A DNA stretch of 64,000 nt from a bacterium (GCA_965216635.1 OZ244188.1:288001-352000); one strand, 5' to 3'. Shown: positions 41,150 through 52,109, counted from the stretch's first letter. Numbers and translations are program-made. The notes: generated by a model from the sequence alone, not told the origin.

Positions 41150-43400
41150 CCTTAATGAAAATGAAAAACGGGATATTGTAAAATATCTGGACGACGGAAA
41201 ACCGTTGCCAGAAAAATATCGTTTTTTGCTTTTTGCAGACAAAAAAGAAGTAGAGCTAGTTTGGAGCGGAAAAACAGCGGAGGTCAGCAATGTTGTTTTG
41301 CCTTTTCAAACAATAGAAGTAGTGGACGAGCCAAGAGCAGAAAAAACAGAAGATACAAAAGCACCTACCCTTTTTGATTACGACGCGAGAGGCAGGCAGA
41401 TTAGCGGTTGGACAAATAAACTGATTTGGGGAGATAACAAACTAATTTTGGCTAGCTTAAAGGGCGGGGCTATACGCGAGCAGATAGAAAAACAGGGTGG
41501 AATAAAACTGATTTATATTGACCCACCTTTTGATGTGGGAGCAGATTTTTCAATGAAAGTAGAAATTGGAGACGAGGAGCTAACCAAAAAACCGAATGTT
41601 TTAGAGGAGCTTGCCTACCGCGACACTTGGGGGCAGGGTGCGGATAGTTTTATTGCGATGATTTACGAACGCTTGAGTTTGATGAGAGATTTGCTTGCCG
41701 AAGACGGCAGTATTTATGTGCATTGCGATTATAGAGTCAACAGCTACATAAGATTAGTATTAGACGAAATTTTTGGCAAAAATAATTTTGTGAATATGGT
41801 TATTTGGAAAAGAACGGGTGCTCAAAACAATCCGAAGCAATACGGCAATAACATAGATACTATTTTCTTTTATCAGAAAGGTGAATCGAAAATATGGAAT
41901 GAACCTTATAAAAGTTATGATGATGTGCATTTGCATCAATACTTCAAAAAAGACAAAGATGGAGGGTTTTATCGGTTGAATAATCCTGCTGGGCAAGACT
42001 ACCAAAGTCACACAAGAAATTTCGGTCGTGGGGAGATATATCCGCCTTCTAACAGACATTGGTCTCTTTCACAAGAAACAATTGATAAATATATTGATGA
42101 GGGAAGAGTGGTATTTACAAAGTCAGGTTATCCTTTCATCAAGAAATATGTTAACGAGATGAAAGGGAAACCAATTCAAGCGCTTTGGACAGATTGTATT
42201 CCTGCTAGGGTGGGTAAAGAAATACTTAATTATCCAACCCAAAAACCAGAAAAACTCCTTGAGAGAATCATCAAAGCATCTTCCAACGAAGGAGATTTGC
42301 TAGCCGATTTTTTTAGCGGCTCAGGGACTACACTAGCGGTAGCAGAAAAACTAGGGCGTAAATGGATTGGCTCAGATTTAGGCAAGTTTGCAATTCACAC
42401 CACCCGAAAAAGAATGATTAGCGTCCAGCGAGAAATGAAAGAAGCAGGTAAAAATTTCAGAGCTTTTGAAATACTCAATCTAGGAAAATACGAAATACAG
42501 CACTACATTGGAATCAATCTCAACGAACGAGAAGCACAAAGAAGAAAACAACTAGCAGCCAAAGAAAAGGATTTTCTAAAACTAATTGTGCGAGCCTACA
42601 AAGCCGAAAAAATAGAAAATTTCAAATGCTTCGTCGCTAAAAAAGCAGGACGCTTGGTAGCGGTGGGTCCCCTCAACGCCCCGACTTCAAGGCTTTTTGT
42701 AGCCGAAGTGATTAGAGAGTGCCAAGAAAAACAGATTACAAAAGTAGATATTCTTGCTTTTGAATTTGAAATGGGTTTGTCCCCGCAAATGCAAGACGAA
42801 GCCAAAAGCAAAGGAATTGACCTTGCCTTAAAGTATATCCCCAAAGATGTTTTTGATAAAAGAGCGGTAGAAAAAAATCAAGTCCAATTCCACGATGTCA
42901 ACTATATTGAAATCAAGCCGCATGTTCAAGCTGCTAAAAACAAGCCAAGCAAAATAGCAGTAGAGTTAACCGATTTTTCTGTCTATTACAACCAAGATAC
43001 TTTTGCTGATATTACTGCTGGGCTAAAAAATGGTAGCAGTAAAATTTTTGTAGACAACGGCGCTATTATCAAAGTAGCCAAAGATAACGCCGGCATTGTG
43101 AAGCGAGAAGTTTTGACAAAAAAATGGATGGATTGGATTGATTATTGGGCTGTCAATTTTAATTTTGGCAACAAAAAAGAAATTGTGCGCATCAAAAAAG
43201 AAAACGCAGAAATAGAAGAGCAGTGGACTGGAAATTATATTTTTGAAAACGAATGGCAATCTTTTCGTACCAAAAAAAATCGCACGATTGAGCTAAAAAG
43301 TGTATTTTACGAGTGCAACAAAGGACGGAGAAAAATTGCCGTCAAAGTAGTAGATATTTTCGGCAACGACACAATGAAAGTCATAGAGGTGACAATATGA
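41136..43400 (+). CDS. Type III restriction-modification methyltransferase (Mod)
   Basis: [38 protein letters not shown]; upstream of a Res gene. Confidence 0.9.
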   Translation: MEKISLNENEKRDIVKYLDDGKPLPEKYRFLLFADKKEVELVWSGKTAEVSNVVLPFQTIEVVDEPRAEKTEDTKAPTLFDYDARGRQISGWTNKLIWGDNKLILASLKGGAIREQIEKQGGIKLIYIDPPFDVGADFSMKVEIGDEELTKKPNVLEELAYRDTWGQGADSFIAMIYERLSLMRDLLAEDGSIYVHCDYRVNSYIRLVLDEIFGKNNFVNMVIWKRTGAQNNPKQYGNNIDTIFFYQKGESKIWNEPYKSYDDVHLHQYFKKDKDGGFYRLNNPAGQDYQSHTRNFGRGEIYPPSNRHWSLSQETIDKYIDEGRVVFTKSGYPFIKKYVNEMKGKPIQALWTDCIPARVGKEILNYPTQKPEKLLERIIKASSNEGDLLADFFSGSGTTLAVAEKLGRKWIGSDLGKFAIHTTRKRMISVQREMKEAGKNFRAFEILNLGKYEIQHYIGINLNEREAQRRKQLAAKEKDFLKLIVRAYKAEKIENFKCFVAKKAGRLVAVGPLNAPTSRLFVAEVIRECQEKQITKVDILAFEFEMGLSPQMQDEAKSKGIDLALKYIPKDVFDKRAVEKNQVQFHDVNYIEIKPHVQAAKNKPSKIAVELTDFSVYYNQDTFADITAGLKNGSSKIFVDNGAIIKVAKDNAGIVKREVLTKKWMDWIDYWAVNFNFGNKKEIVRIKKENAEIEEQWTGNYIFENEWQSFRTKKNRTIELKSVFYECNKGRRKIAVKVVDIFGNDTMKVIEVTI

Positions 43401-43699
43401 GTGTAAGAGCTAGAATTACCCCAGAAGTATTGTTATGGGCTAGGGAGACAGCTGGTTTTTCTATAGAAGAAGAGCAATACCAACAAGAAGAAGTTTTTTG
43501 CAATGCTTTTGCTGGTTTTTTTTTAGTTCCAAATGATGATTTTGTAGTCGCAAAAAATCCTAGTAATCAAGAAATTTCTCGTTATGCAAATCAATACAAA
43601 GTAAGCCGTGAAGTTATTCTACGCAAATATTTAAACAAAAGACTTATTACACAAGACTTTTACAATAAAAAAATAAAAGAATGGAAAGAACAGCCCTAA
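43397..43699 (+). pseudogene. Internally deleted HTH-ImmA/IrrE family gene remnant
   Basis: ITPEVLLWARETAG (HTH start) joined directly to EEVFCNAFAG.FLVP...YKVSREVILR; no HExxH. Confidence 0.65.
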
Positions 43700-43716
43700 A
43701 AGTATTGCAACAAAAA

Positions 43717-43776
43717 ACGCCAGTCCTTTCTAGTTTTACCTAGGGGACTGGCGTCGGGCCGAGAACGTTATCTCGG
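43717..43776. other. Two adjacent GC-rich hairpins
   Basis: ACGCCAGTCC...GGACTGGCGT and CCGAGA-ACGTTA-TCTCGG. Confidence 0.6.
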
Positions 43777-43821
43777 GGGGGTAGTGATAAGTTAGCACAA
43801 AAAAAAAAAACAATACAATAA

Positions 43822-44103
43822 ATGGCTAAAAAATTACAAGTACAAAATACTACAGTTACGATTATTTCAAGAAATAGAGATGATTATATTTCATTGACTG
43901 ATATGTTAAGAGCTAAAGATGGAGATTTTTTTATTTCAGATTGGCTTAGAAATACTGTTGAATTTTTGGGAATTTTAGAAAAAATTAATAATCTAAATTT
44001 TAATTATGGCGAATTTGCCATAATTAAAATTCGGGTAGGTTTAAATAGCTATAAAATTAGCGTCAAAGAATGGTTAAAAAAAAATATTAAAAAACTAAAA
44101 TAA
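43822..44103 (+). pseudogene. KilA-N domain protein fragment
   Basis: DDYISLTDM, ISDWLRN, EFLGILEKINN.NFN; only 93 aa, appears truncated. Confidence 0.7.
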
Positions 44104-44106
44104 TTT

Positions 44107-46776
44107 ATGGCACTACACCCAAACTTTCCAAAATCACCTTACGAAATCCTAGACCCAGCAGTTCGCTGGTTTCCAGCAGACGAGGATCTACGAAGAGAAG
44201 GCTACGCCAAACTGTTGCCACCTCTTGTGGCTAAACTGCGTCAAGAAGTAAAAGAGTGGCGAGACAATTCTTATGCAAGAGCAAGCGAGACAAGTAGGAG
44301 TCTTTTGCAGTGGTGGTTTTGCATGCAACATCCCATAGAAACTGCTGCAGGCACGGAAATTTTTCAATACTACTTCGCCCAAAGAGAAGCTGTAGAGACA
44401 ATCGTTTATCTTTATGAAGTAGCGCAAGCAAAAGACAAATACGACCTTATCCGTTACGATAGTTCGGAGGCTGTTTCTTTGGGTATGTTTCCCGAAGATT
44501 GGTTGCGTTTGGTAATTAAGATGGCTACAGGAACGGGAAAAACGAAGGTGATGAGTTTGCTGATTGCGTGGAGTTATTTTCACAGACTCTACGAAAAAGA
44601 TTCCAAACTAGCAAGAAATTTTTTACTGATTACTCCCAATATTATTGTTTTAGATAGGATTAAAACAGATTTTGAGGGCTTAAAGATATTTTTTGCAGAC
44701 CCAATTTTGCCTGAAAATGGTTTTGGGGCACAAAACTGGAGAGACGATTTCCAAATGACAATCCACATGCAAGACGATACAAACAGCATCCGTAAAACTG
44801 GAAATATTTTTTTAACGAATATCCACCGTATTTATAGTAGCAAAGATACAATTCCCAGTGCTGACGATGAAGATACAACGGATTATTTTTTAGGCGAAAA
44901 ACCTGTTACCAAAACAAGCGATTCTAAAATCAATCTTGCAGAAATTGTACGCGATGTTGATGAGTTGGTGGTGCTAAACGACGAGGCTCACCACATTCAC
45001 GATGAACGTTTAGCTTGGTTTAAATCCATTGAAGATATTAATAATAAAATGAAAATGAAGGGCAAAAATTTGTCTTTGCAAATTGATATGACCGCCACCC
45101 CAAAACACAATAACGGAGCTATTTTTGTGCAAACAGTTTCGGATTATTCTCTTGTGGAAGCCATTCATCAAGATGTAGTAAAACACCCCGTGCTACCCGA
45201 TGAGGCTAGCCGTGCTAAATTTAGAGAACACCAAAGTTCAAGATTTACAGAAAAATACAGAGACTATATCCATCTTGGTTTTTTAGAGTGGAAAAAAGTT
45301 TATGACGAGCATCTAAAATTGAATAAAAAAGCTGTGTTGTTTGTAATGACAGATGATACCAGAAATTGCGACGATGTAGAAAAATATTTAGAAAATACCT
45401 ATCCCGATTTTAAGGATGCAATTTTGACTATCCATACAAAAAATAATGGAGAAATTTCAGAATCTGTGACAGGAAAAAAGGAAGAGCAGTTAAAAAAATT
45501 GCGGAAAAAATCTAACGCTATTGATAGCTTGGAAAGTCCGTATAAGGCTATTGTTTCTGTTTTGATGTTAAAAGAAGGTTGGGATGTAAAAAATGTAACT
45601 ACGATTGTTGGCCTGCGTCCTTACTCTTCCAAAAGCAATATTTTACCAGAGCAGACTTTGGGACGAGGCTTGAGAAGGATGTATAAAGATCCCGATGTAG
45701 CAGAATATTTGAGTGTAGTCGGCACAGATGCTTTTATGGAGTTCGTAGAATCTATCAATAGAGAAGGCGTAGAACTTGAAAGAAGAGCGATGGGAGAAGA
45801 CACAAAACCAAAAGCACCTTTGATAGTTGAGGTAGATAAAGAAGATACAAAAAAGAATATAGAAAAACTGGATATTCAAATTCCAGTTTTGTCTCCTAGA
45901 ATTTACCGAGAATACAAAAATTTTTCGGAATTAAATACTACAGCATTTTCGCACAAAAAATTTCCTATTAAAGAGTTTAGCGAAGCAGAAAAAAAAGAGA
46001 TTGTTTTTCGCGATATAACTACTGAAAAAATAACTCATACTACAGAACTTGATAGCGAATTTATACCAGACTATCGCAGTGTGGTTGGTTATTTTTCGTC
46101 AACGATTAAAAAAGATCTACGTCTAGTTGGTGGCTATGATCTTTTGTATGGAAAGGTTAAGGAGTTTATTACAAACTTTCTTTTTGAAAAAAAAACCGAT
46201 TTAGAGGACCCGAATATCTTGCGAAATTTATCAGAACCTGAAGTAACAAGAACAATCATTGAAACTTTTAGAAAAGAAATTAACAACCTAACTATCTTAG
46301 ACAAAGGCGAAGCAGAAATAGTGAATTATATAAAAATTAGCCAAACGAGACCCTTTGTAATGAAAGAAGGAGAATTTATTCCTCCTAAAAAAAGTGTATT
46401 TAATAAAATTGTCGGGGACAACCATTTTGAACTTCAATTTGCTAGTTTTCTTGAAAACTGCAGTGATATTGTTTCTTATGCAAAAAATTATCTAGCGGTG
46501 CATTTTAAGATTGATTACAAAACTGCTGATGGAGATATTAAAAATTATTACCCCGATTTTTTTGTAAAGCTAGCCGAGAATGAAATTTACATTATAGAAT
46601 TAAAAGGGCGTGAAAGTTTAGACGATTTAGAAAAAATAAAAAGATTATACCAGTGGTGCGAAGATATAAATGCTGTGCAAAGCAAAGTGAAATATACAGC
46701 TTTGTATGTAAAGCAAGAAGACTATGAAAAATATACTCCTGCTAATTTTTCGGAATTAGTAAGAACCTTGTGCTAA
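44107..46776 (+). CDS. Type III restriction enzyme Res subunit (SF2 helicase + nuclease)
   Basis: MATGTGKT, DEAHH, TATP, LKEGWDV, GRGLR; C-terminal YYPDF..IIELKG. Confidence 0.9.
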   Translation: MALHPNFPKSPYEILDPAVRWFPADEDLRREGYAKLLPPLVAKLRQEVKEWRDNSYARASETSRSLLQWWFCMQHPIETAAGTEIFQYYFAQREAVETIVYLYEVAQAKDKYDLIRYDSSEAVSLGMFPEDWLRLVIKMATGTGKTKVMSLLIAWSYFHRLYEKDSKLARNFLLITPNIIVLDRIKTDFEGLKIFFADPILPENGFGAQNWRDDFQMTIHMQDDTNSIRKTGNIFLTNIHRIYSSKDTIPSADDEDTTDYFLGEKPVTKTSDSKINLAEIVRDVDELVVLNDEAHHIHDERLAWFKSIEDINNKMKMKGKNLSLQIDMTATPKHNNGAIFVQTVSDYSLVEAIHQDVVKHPVLPDEASRAKFREHQSSRFTEKYRDYIHLGFLEWKKVYDEHLKLNKKAVLFVMTDDTRNCDDVEKYLENTYPDFKDAILTIHTKNNGEISESVTGKKEEQLKKLRKKSNAIDSLESPYKAIVSVLMLKEGWDVKNVTTIVGLRPYSSKSNILPEQTLGRGLRRMYKDPDVAEYLSVVGTDAFMEFVESINREGVELERRAMGEDTKPKAPLIVEVDKEDTKKNIEKLDIQIPVLSPRIYREYKNFSELNTTAFSHKKFPIKEFSEAEKKEIVFRDITTEKITHTTELDSEFIPDYRSVVGYFSSTIKKDLRLVGGYDLLYGKVKEFITNFLFEKKTDLEDPNILRNLSEPEVTRTIIETFRKEINNLTILDKGEAEIVNYIKISQTRPFVMKEGEFIPPKKSVFNKIVGDNHFELQFASFLENCSDIVSYAKNYLAVHFKIDYKTADGDIKNYYPDFFVKLAENEIYIIELKGRESLDDLEKIKRLYQWCEDINAVQSKVKYTALYVKQEDYEKYTPANFSELVRTLC

Positions 46777-46907
46777 AATTTTCTAAAATTTCATAAAATT
46801 TTTACAACCAGCAGTAGAGATATGGCTTTGAATCTAATGAAACAAACAGACAATTTTGAAACCCAGCTTTGAACTATAAAATAAATAAAAAAAATTCTAA
46901 TAAAGCC

Positions 46908-48443
46908 ATGAAAAATATTTTAGATTTAAACTATATTGAAGCAAAAAAATTTCTACTTAAAGAAAAAAGTTATTGTAATTTAAATCTTCCGCTTTATTTT
47001 AAATTTTCAAAATTACTTGAAAATATATCCGATATACTAACAAATAAAAAGCTCATAAATTTTTATAAAAACGGTAAAAACAACCGCCCAAGTTCATTTG
47101 AGGATGTTAATTATAAATTGTTCGGAAATAAAGACGGTGAATATGCTTGGAGATTATATCAGTTAATTCACCCTGCTTTGTATGTTTCTTTAGTTCATCA
47201 AATTACAAAAAAAGAAAATTGGGTTATTATTGTTGAAAAATTTCAAGAATTTAAAAATAGTGTGGTTGAATGTGAAAGTTTGCCAGTAGTTAAAGAAAAA
47301 CAAGTTACCTGTGACAGGTTGCCAGGATTTGAAGAAAGTGAAAAAAATAATACTAAAGAGCAAATTTTTCATTGGAAGAACAAAGTAGAACAAGAGTCAA
47401 TTATTTTGGCTTTGGAATACAATTATATTTTTCATACAGATATAGTAGATTGCTATGGATCTATTTACACCCATTCTATTGCATGGGCATTACATACAAA
47501 AAAAGAAGCAAAAAAAATTAATAATAGGTTTGATTCTAGTCGTATTGGAGTATGTATTGACAAACACCTTCAAGCTATGGCAAATGGACAAACTAACGGT
47601 ATTCCCCAAGGAAGTATTGTGATGGATTTTATTGCAGAAATGGTTTTAGGATATGCAGATCAAGAACTATCTGAAAAAATATCTAAAATTGAATCAGATA
47701 AGTATAAAATCATTAGATATAGAGATGATTATAGAATTTTTGTCAATGACCTTGAAATAGGAAAATCAATTATTAAAGAATTAGCAAAATCATTAAGTGA
47801 AATTGGAATGCGGTTAAATTCTCAAAAAACAACAAATTCAAATGATATTATCAATAGTTCTATAAAACCAGATAGGCTATTTTGGATAGAAAATAAAACT
47901 TATTCTAGAAATTCACAAGAACAGCTACTAATACTTCACCAGCTTTCAAAAAAATATCCAAATTCAGGAACTCTTTTAAAAGAATTAAACAATTTTTCTA
48001 AAAGAACTATAAAACCTACTGGAAAAATAGAGCCTCTGATAAGTATTTTAATGAGTATTGTTTTTAGAAATCCGAGAATTTACCCAGCAGCATCAAACAT
48101 TTTAAGTAAATTTTTGAATCTTTTAACAGAAGATAAAAAAATAAGAATATTAAAAAAAATTCAAACTAGATTTGAAAAATTACCTAATACTGAATACTTA
48201 GATTTATGGTTGCAAAGAATTACTTTAAAAATTCCTAACTTTGAATATGAACATGAAAGTAAATTATGTAAAAAAGTATCAGATGATTCTGTTGAAATAT
48301 GGAACTCTAATTGGTTAGAAACAAAATTTAAAGAAAAAATTTTTGAAACTGGTATCATTGATGAAAAAGAAATAGAGAAGATGGAACCTGTTATTAGTAG
48401 TGAGGAAACTGATATTTTTGGAATAGGAGATTCTTACTATTAA
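46908..48443 (+). CDS. Reverse transcriptase of Abi/UG (defence-associated) type with helical C-terminal extension
   Basis: HTDIVDCYGSIYTHSIAWA, NGIPQGS, RYRDDY, MRLNSQKT; start reassigned from 46869. Confidence 0.88.
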   Translation: MKNILDLNYIEAKKFLLKEKSYCNLNLPLYFKFSKLLENISDILTNKKLINFYKNGKNNRPSSFEDVNYKLFGNKDGEYAWRLYQLIHPALYVSLVHQITKKENWVIIVEKFQEFKNSVVECESLPVVKEKQVTCDRLPGFEESEKNNTKEQIFHWKNKVEQESIILALEYNYIFHTDIVDCYGSIYTHSIAWALHTKKEAKKINNRFDSSRIGVCIDKHLQAMANGQTNGIPQGSIVMDFIAEMVLGYADQELSEKISKIESDKYKIIRYRDDYRIFVNDLEIGKSIIKELAKSLSEIGMRLNSQKTTNSNDIINSSIKPDRLFWIENKTYSRNSQEQLLILHQLSKKYPNSGTLLKELNNFSKRTIKPTGKIEPLISILMSIVFRNPRIYPAASNILSKFLNLLTEDKKIRILKKIQTRFEKLPNTEYLDLWLQRITLKIPNFEYEHESKLCKKVSDDSVEIWNSNWLETKFKEKIFETGIIDEKEIEKMEPVISSEETDIFGIGDSYY

Positions 48444-48503
48444 ATTTATGAAAACCGCAATTATTGATAAGTGATTTTCAATCAAATATTCAAAAATAAA
48501 AAA

Positions 48504-49565
48504 ATGAGACTTACAAAATTGATTTCTTTTGGAGGGTTGTTTTTACTCATTGGGTTTGCTTTTTTTGTGGGAGGTTTCAAAAGCAGCTCACTGGCAATTA
48601 CTGGTTTTTTGACAGGCATTGTTTTGGTTTATGGCAAGGTAGGTTTGACTGCTGGGTTAAGAAATTTTCTAATAAGAAAAGACGGCAATGCTTTTTTTCA
48701 GCAGTTTTTGTTAATTTTTTTCACCTTTCTTTTATTCGTTCCCATAGCCCATTTCACTCCTAGTTCTCCAGAGTTAGCTCCTATTTCTTTATCTTTAGTT
48801 TTTGGCAGTTTTCTTTTTGGAGTAGGCATGCAGCTTAGTAACGCTTGCGGTTCTGGTTGTATTTTGGCTTTAGGTGCAGGTAGTAAGGTTATGTTATACG
48901 CCATTCCTACTTTTATTTTAGGTTCTTTGTGGGGTAGTTTTTGGGCTCCGAGTTTTCACAAATTGGCTGCTCTAGAACCAGTTTTGCTCCACCCACTCAT
49001 CAACCTCGCTTTATTGCTTGCGGTTTTATCTTATTTTTTATGGAGTAAAAAAGCTCAAGTTCCTACAAAGAAAATTTTTTTTCTTTTACTTATAGCTTCC
49101 GTTTCTTTAGGATTAATATTTTTAGTCTCCAAGAGTCCTTGGCAGGTTACTTTTGGATTTACTCTCTTGGGAGCAAAGTTGTATTCTTTTTTGGGAGGTA
49201 GTTTGGCAAGCAGTGAATTTTGGAATTTAGAAATGCCTAATCAAGCACTTCGTAGTCCGCTTTTAACAGATGCTTCTACGCTTATCAATTTGGGAGTAAT
49301 TTTAGGTGCTTTAGCTTGGGTTTCTTTTATCTCTCCTTCCTCCAGCAAAGAAAAAATTTCTTGGCGAGAAATTATAGCTGGTGTTTTGGGAGGTTTGATG
49401 ATGGGCATAGGAGCTAGATTTGCTTTTGGTTGCAATATAGGTGCTTTTATCGGAGGCATTGCGTCGGGCAGTTTGCACGGCTGGATCTGGATTGTTTTTG
49501 CTATATTTGGTAGTTATATAGGGATTGCGCTGCGACCTTACTTTGGAATGAGACCTTTGAATTAG
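48504..49565 (+). CDS. YeeE/YedE family sulfur-compound transporter
   Basis: GSFLFGVGMQLSNACGSG and GGLMMGIGARFAFGCNIG; start may be 48471. Confidence 0.88.
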   Translation: MRLTKLISFGGLFLLIGFAFFVGGFKSSSLAITGFLTGIVLVYGKVGLTAGLRNFLIRKDGNAFFQQFLLIFFTFLLFVPIAHFTPSSPELAPISLSLVFGSFLFGVGMQLSNACGSGCILALGAGSKVMLYAIPTFILGSLWGSFWAPSFHKLAALEPVLLHPLINLALLLAVLSYFLWSKKAQVPTKKIFFLLLIASVSLGLIFLVSKSPWQVTFGFTLLGAKLYSFLGGSLASSEFWNLEMPNQALRSPLLTDASTLINLGVILGALAWVSFISPSSSKEKISWREIIAGVLGGLMMGIGARFAFGCNIGAFIGGIASGSLHGWIWIVFAIFGSYIGIALRPYFGMRPLN

Positions 49566-49788
49566 CGTTCTGTTTAGCCTATGCAGCGTTAAAAAAAAAT
49601 TTTAACTCTTGAAATACTCTCTTATTGCATAAGATAAAGTAAAGGATATAGTAAAAGAGCCACTGGCTCTTTTACATTTCTTTTTGGGATTATGCAAGTT
49701 TTGTAGTGTTTTTCACTACGATATTCCTGCGAGCTAAAATTTTTTTTTGCCTTGCCTAGCCGTCACATAACACTAATTCAAAGGTCTC
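49550..49788. mobile_element. ~240-bp MITE, opposite orientation to the 29441 copy
   Basis: Perfect GAGACCTTTGAATTAG / CTAATTCAAAGGTCTC; flanks GGAAT / AGAAT. Confidence 0.85.
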
Positions 49789-49802
49789 AGAATGTTAAAA
49801 TA

Positions 49803-50618
49803 ATGTTATCTTTTCTACCTTTAATTTGTCCTAGTTGTCAGCAGAAAATTTTTTTCTGTAGAGATAAGAAGGCACAAAAAATATATACTGTCACGGATAA
49901 AATTGAGTCTCTGATAGAACCTCATATTTGTGTTTTAATAGAAGGAGAAGCATACTGGAAAAATAATATTTTAAAAGAATATTTAAAAATTGATTTTACA
50001 GCTAAAGATAATATTTTTGATTTAGTAAAGAAAAAATTCACTGCCAACAAACTGTTAGAGGCTGCTTTACAGAAAAAAATACTTTTTATCAATTTGGGAT
50101 TGTTACTAAGATGCGAATCTGTAGCCGAAGGCGAGCAATGTTTAGATTTAATCACAAAGGATTTTGTTTTGTGCAAAGTTTTTATAAAATCCACAAAAAA
50201 ATGGGAATTAGGTAGGTGGCTCACGGTCAGCAATACTAAATCGGTGAAGAAAAATCAATTTTATAGTCCAGAAATCCAATATTTTGAAGTTGTTCCTAAA
50301 AAAATATTGGAAAGACTTTCTCAAACAATTTCTTCGTTACAGCTGTCCTCCCAAGATAGTGAATTATTGGAAAAATATGAAAAAAATATTTGCTCGGAGT
50401 TGCAGAAAATAGGTAGAGTAATTACAGTTTTTCCCGTAGAGAAAAAAAAGCACTATTTACGCTGGATTTTTTTTCTCATTGAAGAGAATTTAGCTCCCTT
50501 TATGGAAAGTCTGATTTTTCCCAAAAAAATTGAGATTTATTTTCAACAGGAGGAGGCTTCTTTTACTTGGAATATTTATGAAAATACTATAGCATTGCAC
50601 AGTCAAAAAGTGAGATAA
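49803..50618 (+). CDS. Hypothetical protein with N-terminal CxxC
   Basis: Open frame of about 270 aa, CPSC..H.C; start moved out of the MITE. Confidence 0.55.
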   Translation: MLSFLPLICPSCQQKIFFCRDKKAQKIYTVTDKIESLIEPHICVLIEGEAYWKNNILKEYLKIDFTAKDNIFDLVKKKFTANKLLEAALQKKILFINLGLLLRCESVAEGEQCLDLITKDFVLCKVFIKSTKKWELGRWLTVSNTKSVKKNQFYSPEIQYFEVVPKKILERLSQTISSLQLSSQDSELLEKYEKNICSELQKIGRVITVFPVEKKKHYLRWIFFLIEENLAPFMESLIFPKKIEIYFQQEEASFTWNIYENTIALHSQKVR

Positions 50619-50716
50619 CTGGCGGTAAATACGCCTAATTTTTGCCTAGAATGTCCTTTGCAGTAAATTTTTAAGATAATTTTTTTAAAAAAGGTATAAA
50701 GCAAAACTTATAAAAC

Positions 50717-50745
50717 TTGACTTTATTGTAAAATTTTAATATTAT
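50717..50745 (+). promoter_or_regulatory. Sigma70-type promoter
   Basis: TTGACT-17 nt-TATTAT, 41 bp before the ATG. Confidence 0.6.
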
Positions 50746-50786
50746 AGGCTACAGAATTTTGTTTTTAACTCTAATTAAATATTATA

Positions 50787-52109
50787 ATGAAAAATTCAAA
50801 AAGAGCTTTCAAAGGGAGCATAAAGCAAATGCCTCTTAAAAATTATAAGGCAAAAGTAGCTACCGCTGGTTTTCAGGGGGCTGGTTTTTGTGATGCGAGT
50901 TTTCGTGGGGCGTTCCAATGGACAGTCCTGCTAGGTGTGATTCTGTTTGCTTCACTATTTGTAGGGGTGGGTAGCTTAAAAGCCCAAGAAGGAAAACAAG
51001 CAAGACAGCAGGGTTGGTTTGTAGGTGTTAGTCCTTTTGTTTCGGGTTTTGAGATAACGACAGAAACTAGCAATATTAGGACAACAACAACAAAAATGGA
51101 GGTATCTGCAAATATTGAGATTACAGCAGTGAGCAATAGCTATGCAGGTGCAATATTTGATACTACGCTAGATGCTGCTCGTGCTATTTCTAATGGCGTG
51201 TATCTTGTGACATGGGAAACTCTACCAAATGGGAGGAGCGAAGCGTCACAGGATGAGGGAATTGAGGCTGCTATAGACATCTGTAAGCAAGGAAGTGCGG
51301 ATATATCTGGAACTAATATCCTTTCTTTAGATGCAACTCGTGGAACAGTCAGTCAGTTTAGCGATAATTACTTGACAGACCTTAGTCTAGAGAGAAATAA
51401 TTTATGTAAAAACAGATTTACTGAGCTAGATTTTGGTAGTATTGGTGACATAGTAACAACTAGCACTAGAAATGTTGCTGATGCTCCTACTCCTACTATT
51501 CCTAGTCCCAATTTTTCTCGGACTGATTCGCTAGGCGGTTACGGAATCCTGTTTGGTTACAACTTGGAAAAATGGGGAGTCTCTTTGCAGTACTACGCTT
51601 TAACAGAAGGAAACAACAGGCTCAACTCTGTAATTGCGGTTGCGAATTATTTTCTGCCCTACGGGTTTTCTGTAGGCGCTGGTTTGGCTAATTTGACTTT
51701 GGATACTGACTTAGGTTCAGCGTCCAAAACAGCTCCAGCGGTACAGCTGGGTTACGACTACTCCATAACCAAAAACCTTTCCGTGCAAGCAGGTGCTCTT
51801 TGGTCTGGAAGCTCTCTTTCAGTAGGAAATAATCTAAGCTCAACAACAGAAACTTACGAAATAGTATCTGATGAAGCTACATTTATGGATGAAAAAAATG
51901 ATTCTTTGGTTCTTGGAATCAGAAAACCAAATAACTTGATTGTGAATGATATTGAACCAGACAATAGGATAGAGGTTACCCGAACGCAAACAATAACGGA
52001 AACTAGAAGAGCCAATGTGCGAAGCACAACCACCAATACAGAGAATCGTGTAATCAAGGTGAAATCAACGAATGCTATTTATATCCGCTTCGTGCTTCGC
52101 TTTAAATAG
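50787..52109 (+). CDS. Outer-membrane beta-barrel protein, paralogue 1
   Basis: Long signal region ending LKA-QE, GWFVGVSP first strand, GILFGYN, QLGYDY, terminal IYIRFVLRF. Confidence 0.7.
   Translation: MKNSKRAFKGSIKQMPLKNYKAKVATAGFQGAGFCDASFRGAFQWTVLLGVILFASLFVGVGSLKAQEGKQARQQGWFVGVSPFVSGFEITTETSNIRTTTTKMEVSANIEITAVSNSYAGAIFDTTLDAARAISNGVYLVTWETLPNGRSEASQDEGIEAAIDICKQGSADISGTNILSLDATRGTVSQFSDNYLTDLSLERNNLCKNRFTELDFGSIGDIVTTSTRNVADAPTPTIPSPNFSRTDSLGGYGILFGYNLEKWGVSLQYYALTEGNNRLNSVIAVANYFLPYGFSVGAGLANLTLDTDLGSASKTAPAVQLGYDYSITKNLSVQAGALWSGSSLSVGNNLSSTTETYEIVSDEATFMDEKNDSLVLGIRKPNNLIVNDIEPDNRIEVTRTQTITETRRANVRSTTTNTENRVIKVKSTNAIYIRFVLRFK

Noticed and set aside
46777..46907. Retron msr-msd or DGR template repeat next to the RT
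   Set aside because: Short gap, no clear inverted repeats or match to a variable region, and RT motifs are Abi/UG-like
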